Shown here: piece after piece, positions 57,589 through 64,000 of the stretch
Position numbering within the stretch: position 1 is the stretch's first letter
How the letters are laid out: each line of letters starts with the position of its first letter
Assembly (NCBI GenBank): GCA_965116875.1
Contig: OZ220733.1
Span: 2,016,001 to 2,080,000 of the forward strand
Origin: Candidatus Latescibacterota bacterium
Lineage (GTDB): Bacteria > Latescibacterota > UBA2968 > GCA-2709665
Length of the DNA stretch: 64,000 nucleotides
Direction: 5' to 3'
Made by a program: the position numbers and the translations under genes
The notes under the pieces: generated by a model
Told to the model about the DNA's origin: nothing
The model's input: the letters and a program-made list of their open reading frames with translations, nothing else
The model's database searches: none

Positions 57589-59994
57589 ATGTTAGGCAAC
57601 TACATGACACTTGCTTTCAGAAGCATACTCAAGAATAAACTGACTTCGTTGATCAATCTCGGAGGTTTGTCAGTTGCCCTGGCATTCGGCACGCTGGCGG
57701 TCGTATTCGCATATAATGAATTGACCTACGATCTCTTTCATGTCAATGCCGATCGCATCTACAGAATCCAGCAGAGAACCGGTGAACAAATCATGAGCCG
57801 TACGGCATGGCCTCTCGGGCCCGCCATTGCCAATGAAATTCCGGATGCCACGGTTGTGAGGGTTTTTAAATCCGGCGGTTCTGTGGCATACGGAGAGAAA
57901 TCGTCCAGATTCCGGGTGAGTTACGTGGATCCCTCGTTTCTCGATGTCTTTTCATTTCCGATGGCACGGGGAGATGCATCAACCGCGCTTCACGATGTGC
58001 GTTCGATTGTGGTCACCGAGAGGGTTGCGAGAAAACTGTTTCCAGGCGAAGACCCGCTGGGCAAGATCGTGACTATCAACAAGAAAGATGCCTATACGGT
58101 TACCGGGGTCCTGTCAGGACTTCCGGAGAATTCAAGCATTGTGTTCGATTGTTTGGTACCCGCCCACGCTGCAGACAAGCTACTGAATTCGTGGGCATCC
58201 GTGAGAGTTCGAATGGTGCGCGAAGATTCGTCTGACAAGGTTCCCGGTGAAATTCCTGATTTGTCGTGGATGATTCAAGTTGCCACGACGTACGTATACT
58301 TGCCCGAACATCTGCGCCCTCGAAACGTCGAAGAGAGGCTCCCCAAGGTCGTTCAGAGAGCGTGGGGGCGGCAAGCAACCGGCAACATAAAGATGACGCT
58401 GCAGCCTTTACGGGAAGTACGTTTCGACAGGCACACCCAGGGAGTCGAACGAGCGAGCAATCCTGTGTACATCTACGTCTTTCTCGGAATCGCGCTCGTT
58501 GTGATTACGATTACGTGCGTCAACTATTCGGCAATGGCCATTGGGCATGCTCTAACGCGTGCAAAGGAAGCGGGTGTGCGCCGGCTCTTCGGTGCCGGCA
58601 GGCGACAGTTTGTCTCTCAATACCTCGCGGAATCTGTCTTCATGGCGCTGATTGCCCTGGTTGTCGGCCTTGCACTGGTGAGCGCGGTATTGCCGCAATT
58701 CAATTCCCTTGTCGGGGCCAGAATCAGCATGATGGGACAGCTGAGTGCAACGACGTTGCTGTGTATCGTTCTTGTCACGCTGACCGTTGGCATATCGGCG
58801 GGCCTCTATCCTGCCCTGGTATTGTCCCGCCTGCAGCCGGCCGACGTCCTCTATTCTCGATCCGAGAGTGTGAATCCCGGTTTTCTCATGCGGCTGCTGC
58901 TTGTCATACAGTTCGCAATGTCGATGATTCTGATCATGGTCGCCGTTGTGATGGCGGCCCAGCTCAATCTTCTTGTAAACTCGAATCCCGGATTCCGCAC
59001 GGATGGCGTTGTTGCGGTCAACACCGGTGAATTGCGGGAAATTTCACCAGACCTCGCGGATGTCTATGCGCGGAAAATAACATCATATCCGAACATTACC
59101 GGGGTCGCTCGGGGGCAACATCCGCTCAGCAACAGAAAATCAATCGGCGGATTTGCCAGAGCTGAGGGCAGGACAGTCCGAGGAGTGGAGACGATCGCGG
59201 TGGATTATGGGTTTTTGCAAACACTCGAGTTTGAGATGCTGGAGGGCAGGGATTTTTCCAGGTTTCTATCGACCGACCAAGACGCCGTCATCATAAACCA
59301 GACCCTCATGAAACAGTTCGGATGGCAAAGCGCTGCAGGCAGAGAAGTGGACTGGAACGGCAATGGAGACGTGCCGATAATCGGGGTGGTCAGAGACTTC
59401 CACTTCAAATCCTTCCACCAACAGGTCGCGCCCGCTGTCATTTTCCTGGAACCTGAGTATTGTGACCTATCTTTTGTTATTTCAGCCTCCAGCGAGGACC
59501 GGGACATTCTCGAAATTCTCCAAAAGGAATGGCATGAAATCGCGCCGTCTCAACCCTTTCGGGCCAGGTTTCTTGAAGATGACCTCAAGAACCAATACAA
59601 AAAGGATGAAAAATGGCTGAATGCCATTCGACTCCCCGCAATTCTCGCATTGGGTCTGGCGTGCCTCGGAGCGTTTGGTCTGACCTCTTTCTCCGTGGCC
59701 AGAAGGACGAAGGAAATCGGAATCCGCAAGGTCTTCGGCACGCCTGTATCCCGTCTGATGGCGCGTCTTTCGATTGACTTCACGAAGATTCTCATCCTGG
59801 CTGCCATCGTCGCCGGACCGATCGCGTACATTGCCTTGAAAGAGTGGCTTCAGAGTTACGTCTATAGAATCGACTTGATCGCACCTATTGTCGCGGGCGC
59901 GGTGTTGACGTCTGCTTTCGTTATGTTCGCGGTCAGTTGCAAGACGTACAGGGCCGCGACCCTGAATCCGGCGAATACGCTTAGAGACGAGTGA
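57589..59994 (+). CDS. MacB/FtsX-type ABC transporter permease (duplicated permease)
   Basis: AGGA RBS, SLINLGGL, RAKEAGVR, GVVRDFHF, RRTKEIGIRKV and a C-terminal NPANTLRDE. Confidence 0.93.
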   Translation: MLGNYMTLAFRSILKNKLTSLINLGGLSVALAFGTLAVVFAYNELTYDLFHVNADRIYRIQQRTGEQIMSRTAWPLGPAIANEIPDATVVRVFKSGGSVAYGEKSSRFRVSYVDPSFLDVFSFPMARGDASTALHDVRSIVVTERVARKLFPGEDPLGKIVTINKKDAYTVTGVLSGLPENSSIVFDCLVPAHAADKLLNSWASVRVRMVREDSSDKVPGEIPDLSWMIQVATTYVYLPEHLRPRNVEERLPKVVQRAWGRQATGNIKMTLQPLREVRFDRHTQGVERASNPVYIYVFLGIALVVITITCVNYSAMAIGHALTRAKEAGVRRLFGAGRRQFVSQYLAESVFMALIALVVGLALVSAVLPQFNSLVGARISMMGQLSATTLLCIVLVTLTVGISAGLYPALVLSRLQPADVLYSRSESVNPGFLMRLLLVIQFAMSMILIMVAVVMAAQLNLLVNSNPGFRTDGVVAVNTGELREISPDLADVYARKITSYPNITGVARGQHPLSNRKSIGGFARAEGRTVRGVETIAVDYGFLQTLEFEMLEGRDFSRFLSTDQDAVIINQTLMKQFGWQSAAGREVDWNGNGDVPIIGVVRDFHFKSFHQQVAPAVIFLEPEYCDLSFVISASSEDRDILEILQKEWHEIAPSQPFRARFLEDDLKNQYKKDEKWLNAIRLPAILALGLACLGAFGLTSFSVARRTKEIGIRKVFGTPVSRLMARLSIDFTKILILAAIVAGPIAYIALKEWLQSYVYRIDLIAPIVAGAVLTSAFVMFAVSCKTYRAATLNPANTLRDE

Positions 59995-60169
59995 AAGCGA
60001 GCGACCGAACTCTGCAGGTCCGGAAACTTATTACGGGCAGCACCGTTTATTTTACATCCTCCGCTGCAGCGGCTCAGCTTGTCAAAGCGGTCTTCGCGCC
60101 TACCGAAACGTGGTCACTGAGCTTGTCGAAGTGCCCGCGTTTCGGCACTCAGTAGGCTCCATTGGACAG

Positions 60170-60296
60170 CCCTTCGTCGACCCTTCGACCCTTCGACAAC
60201 CCTTCGGCCCTTCGACAATCCTTCGGCAGGCTCAGGACAACGGCTCAGGGACCGGAGGCTCAGGGAGCGGTTCAGGGCAAGGCTAACGACCTCAGG
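60170..60296. repeat. Nested REP-like cluster
   Basis: Six CCTTCG(A/G/T) half-units followed by five (G)CTCAGG-like half-units. Confidence 0.6.
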
Positions 60297-60609
60297 TTTG
60301 GGAAGCGCCGTTTGGTTAACATTCTCCTGTGTAATAGAACAAAGACTGTCAACGATTTAACGCTTCCCGTAATAGGACTTGATCTTGTGTCGCTTCGCAT
60401 CCAAAATTACCAGTGAAGATAAACATAGATGCCTGGTGGGGCCACGTGAGGCGTTGTTCCGAGTGATTGATAAAGGCGGATTGTATTCTGATGACATTAT
60501 CGAACACATCAAGCCACTGGATGGTCTTGAAGGAATATTGGGAGAACAAGCTTGAGTATACGTGAATGGGACAGACCGGGATTACCAAAGCTCGTTACCC
60601 GAGAGCGAA

Positions 60610-60645
60610 AAGAGTCCGGACAAGGTGATTTCCGGGCTTTTTTTT
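60610..60645 (+). terminator. Rho-independent terminator
   Basis: AAGAGTCCGGA-loop-TCCGGGC followed by eight T. Confidence 0.65.
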
Positions 60646-60785
60646 GAACCTATGGCGCCTGGCCTGTGTCTTTCATGAGGGACGGGCGTGGCGGATGAAA
60701 GAGCCCGTGGGGACTCCGGTGCGCAGGTCCTAATTTTTCCGCGATTCTGAGATTGGTGTTCTCCTTCGTTCGAAAGGGCCGATGT

Positions 60786-63305
60786 ATGAAGGCAGGTATG
60801 ATGTCACTACCCGTATTCGCGGTCGTTGTTGTCCTGTGTACAACCAAAGCCCCATTGGACGCTGCGTCGATTGCAAATGCCGGCGGAGTCGATTCTCTTT
60901 ATCAGGCGGGAATGCGGCTCGCGGAAACGGACTCACTGGTCGCCGCCGCCGCTCAGTTTCAGACCGCTCTGAAGGTCAACCCGAAACATGCGCCTTCATA
61001 CGTGGGGTTGGGTCACGTCCACCTCAAGTCAGGAAACCTGAAGGATGCAGAAAAAGCCTTTCGCCAGGCGCTAAGGAAGCGCAAGAACTTCGCTCCAGCC
61101 CTGAACGGACTGGGTCTCGTGTTTCGCAATACAGAGAAAATGCTGGATTGGGCAATCAAGTATTTTCGAAGGGCCGTTCGGGCTGACCGAGGTTACGTGG
61201 AAGCGTACTACAACCTGGCCCAAACGTACCGGGAAATTGGCAATTCGAGGGAACTGGACACGTACAAGAAACTGGTTAAGATGGACCCGGATCATCACGA
61301 TGTCTGGTTCCAGATTGGTCGGGTCTACAAAGATGGAAGAGCGGGTCGATTTCGAAATGCGCGAAAGGCAGAGGAAGCGTTCCGCCGGCAACTCCAGGTG
61401 AATCGAGCACATTTTGGGGCTCGGACCTATCTTGCACAGTGGTTGAAGGAAGAAGGACGCACGGATGAAGCGTTGGGGATGTTCAAGGCAGTCGTGGATA
61501 CGCCGAATGCCTATCAACGGCGCGCGTTCCTGGATCTGGCGGAGATGTATCAGCATGCGCGGGACCACGATCCGTTTGATGCGATACTGGATGCTTTCCT
61601 GGAGGGTCTGCCACCCGGCGAGCAGGCATTATACTATGATCTAAGCCTGGTGGTTAACAGCGATGAACTGTCCCGCTTCCAGGCGACGCCAGATGAAGAG
61701 CGCAAGGCGCAATCCGAAATTTTCTGGGCGCCTCGGGATCCTGCGCCGGTGACGGCGGCCAACGAACGGTGGATAGAGCACTGCCGCCGGGTGGCGTATG
61801 CACGGGAGCATTTCAGCGAGTACGAATTCCCCTGGGACGTACGTGGGGAGGTGTATGTACGTTATGGAAGGCCCGATCACATCAGTGCGTCGGAGAACAT
61901 CCGATTTGAGACGGACCCAAAGGTTCTTGCAGTTAAGGACCGGCTGATGAGCCAGGCGGGTGAAGCCCTGCAGCACCTCCTTCTGAGCCGGCGCATGGTC
62001 AGCTTCTACAGGTCGATGAGTGGATCAGTAGAGAAGGGTATGGACGACCAGGAGACGCTATCTACGATTCTTGGTTACCCGGTATACCCCGTTCGAGGCG
62101 TCTGGGAATACTGGATTTACTCGAACGTCGATGGTGGCGTGGAAGTGACTTTTGTACAGGTACACGGGCCAGGCCCAGGCCCCTACAAGTACGCAGAGGT
62201 GCCGCATGCGGGCGCCGCTATCTGGGTGGACGAGATCACAGGGCGAAACCCCGGCACCACCTTGTTGACTGACGGGCTAATGGATGAAATCCCTGATCCT
62301 TGGATCGATACTTCGATCGATACTTCGATGGCGACTGACGAGCCAACGGATGAAATCCTTCATCCTTCGATCGATACTTCGATCAAGTCAAATTTGATAT
62401 GGCAGCGAATGAACCCCGGTCTGGTGATGCGTCGCGTGGCGCGCAAGACGCCGGCGATTTACGAACAGGACTTTGCCACTGCCCCCCTCGATTTCTTCTA
62501 TGACGCGGCTCGATTCAAGGCAGATGACCGTTCGGTAAAACTGGAGGTGTACTATGGTATTCCCACGCGTGAACTTGACTACAAAGAAGGACCCGACGGA
62601 AGGCTGACGGCATACTTGAAGCGGGGCCTGGCGCTGCACGACGAGGATAACAAGCCGGTGTATCGGTCGAGCGAGGATATGGAGCTGTACACGTCGGGAC
62701 CGATTGATACCACCCAGATCGCATTTGTGCCGGAGATGGACCGGCTTTCTGTCGCGCCTGGCACTTATCGGCTATCCGTGCAGATTCTGGACTCGTCTTC
62801 GGATAAGTCTCAGGTCTACAACCGCGAAGTGGTGCTGCATCCATATGCCGATGACTCGCTGAGGGTGAGTGATATTGAGATGGCCTCATTGATTCGTCCA
62901 AGCCGTGGCAGCAAATTCACAAAAGGCGAGATCGAGGTGGTGCCTAATCCAAGTCTGTTCTATTTCGTGGGACAGCCGGTGTTTGTCTATTACGAAGTCT
63001 ACAACCTGACGAAGGACGAGTTCGGCAGGACAAGGTACCGGGTATTGTACGAACTGCATTCGCTCAATAAAGGTAACGTAGCGGTGAAGATCCTGAAGGC
63101 GCTTGGCAGGTTGGTCGGCATCGACAGAAAGGCTGAGGTCGTGAACGTGGAGTACGCGCACGAGGGAGACAGAGCCGATGAGTACGGATACCTGGAACTG
63201 GATATGTCGAAAACCGATGCGGGGCATCAGTTGTTGAAAGTCAAGGTTTTTGATGAGATAGCGGGCAGCCTGGCATCGTCGGCGGTATCGTTTGCAATTC
63301 GATAG
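60786..63305 (+). CDS. TPR and GWxTD-domain protein, paralogue 7
   Basis: Signal peptide, TPRs, FWAPRDP, PWDVRGEVYVRYGRPD and VYYEVYNL. The ORF is open from 60753. Confidence 0.87.
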   Translation: MKAGMMSLPVFAVVVVLCTTKAPLDAASIANAGGVDSLYQAGMRLAETDSLVAAAAQFQTALKVNPKHAPSYVGLGHVHLKSGNLKDAEKAFRQALRKRKNFAPALNGLGLVFRNTEKMLDWAIKYFRRAVRADRGYVEAYYNLAQTYREIGNSRELDTYKKLVKMDPDHHDVWFQIGRVYKDGRAGRFRNARKAEEAFRRQLQVNRAHFGARTYLAQWLKEEGRTDEALGMFKAVVDTPNAYQRRAFLDLAEMYQHARDHDPFDAILDAFLEGLPPGEQALYYDLSLVVNSDELSRFQATPDEERKAQSEIFWAPRDPAPVTAANERWIEHCRRVAYAREHFSEYEFPWDVRGEVYVRYGRPDHISASENIRFETDPKVLAVKDRLMSQAGEALQHLLLSRRMVSFYRSMSGSVEKGMDDQETLSTILGYPVYPVRGVWEYWIYSNVDGGVEVTFVQVHGPGPGPYKYAEVPHAGAAIWVDEITGRNPGTTLLTDGLMDEIPDPWIDTSIDTSMATDEPTDEILHPSIDTSIKSNLIWQRMNPGLVMRRVARKTPAIYEQDFATAPLDFFYDAARFKADDRSVKLEVYYGIPTRELDYKEGPDGRLTAYLKRGLALHDEDNKPVYRSSEDMELYTSGPIDTTQIAFVPEMDRLSVAPGTYRLSVQILDSSSDKSQVYNREVVLHPYADDSLRVSDIEMASLIRPSRGSKFTKGEIEVVPNPSLFYFVGQPVFVYYEVYNLTKDEFGRTRYRVLYELHSLNKGNVAVKILKALGRLVGIDRKAEVVNVEYAHEGDRADEYGYLELDMSKTDAGHQLLKVKVFDEIAGSLASSAVSFAIR

Positions 63306-63317
63306 CGTTTTTTCCAG

Positions 63318-63474
63318 CACTGCTGTCCAAGAACCGCGGGATTCCTGGAGATGAGGTTCGAAAAGTGGATTCCTTTCGCGATTACGGACGGCTTTGACAA
63401 CGAAAACCAGGTTGCCACGGGTTCGCGTTTTTTACAATACCTGTCATTCTGAGCGGAGCGAAGAATCTCCCGTC
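63318..63474. mobile_element. Deleted derivative of MITE type B
   Basis: Near-identical to 51871-51987, then joined to a copy of 52253-52286. No right terminus found. Confidence 0.65.
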
Positions 63475-63536
63475 TTTTCGATTGCCCCTGACGAAAGCGC
63501 GCCGTAAACGCATTTGCGCGGAGGCATTGTCGGCAT

Positions 63537-63572
63537 CGAGACGGGCAGACAGGAATGTCCGCCTACCCCCTC
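63537..63572. repeat. REP-like palindrome
   Basis: Near reverse complement of 52519-52553. Confidence 0.65.
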
Positions 63573-63665
63573 ACACCGGCTTCACCACCATGACAGCTGG
63601 CCGCACCAACGCCTGATGTGTCTTCCGACCCCTTCGCTTTCTATGCATCGACAATATTCCCGTGT

Positions 63666-64000
63666 TCAGTCCCAACGTCGACGAATGAACTTCGCAACGC
63701 CGTCTGCATCATTGCTGCCGATGATCCCGGTTGCGCGTTCCTTGACGGCTGGTATGGCATTCCCCACCGCGAGGGCCTCGTCCGCCAACTTGAACATCCC
63801 CAGGTCGTTTTTATCGTCGCCAAAGACGACAAGACGACGGTCTTCCAGACCCTTCAAGCGCTGAACGTACCGTATGCCGGCTTCTTTCGTGGCGCCGGCA
63901 TCCTGAATGGTCAGCCAGTGCCATCCTGGAGAAGGCAAATTCTCGAAACATTGGGTCTGGATCCGCCCAGCAAAAGGCTGGCTCATTTCATCAGCAAGTT
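63666..64000 (-). CDS. HAD-IIB (Cof-like) hydrolase, C-terminal part (5' truncated by window edge)
   Basis: ATK...VVFGDDKNDLGMF...AVGNA...SNDADGVA; the frame is open to the window edge. Confidence 0.88.
   Translation of the reverse strand, partial: LADEMSQPFAGRIQTQCFENLPSPGWHWLTIQDAGATKEAGIRYVQRLKGLEDRRLVVFGDDKNDLGMFKLADEALAVGNAIPAVKERATGIIGSNDADGVAKFIRRRWD

Noticed and set aside
60170-60296. CRISPR array
   Set aside because: Units are only 6-11 bp with no regular unique spacers, and there are no cas genes in the window.

Overview
Bacterial window, mostly GC-rich and almost entirely + strand. The dockerin-like/FGE and TPR-GWxTD gene expansions suggest an FCB-group lineage such as Latescibacterota (inference only). 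It opens with a TonB-dependent receptor, a DUF4249-like lipoprotein and the tmRNA gene (2200-2559, tag ADDTYAMAA). A decayed 37-bp copy of the tmRNA 3' end at 28528-28564 delimits a roughly 26-kb island with no integrase. The main discovery candidate lies in that island. A 1623-aa Ser/Thr kinase-AAA-TPR-GAF-sigma54 activator sits upstream of a near-consensus -24/-12 promoter. That promoter precedes an AT-richer operon encoding a 64-aa ranthipeptide-like precursor, an RRE-radical SAM-SPASM enzyme, a membrane CxxC/FMN-binding (TGAT) protein, a TlpA-like redoxin, a secreted 8-Cys acidic peptide, an NHL beta-propeller lipoprotein and ApbE. This looks like a RiPP-type maturation system coupled to extracytoplasmic flavinylation and thiol redox. 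The rest of the window is a paralogue array: seven TPR-GWxTD proteins (four with a pilin-like insert), five dockerin-FGE/CLec proteins and two kelch lipoproteins, with signs of duplication and mosaicism. It also carries a MITE family with internal REP-like palindromes and an intact IS1380 inserted into one MITE. All family calls are from motif recognition; no database searches were run.
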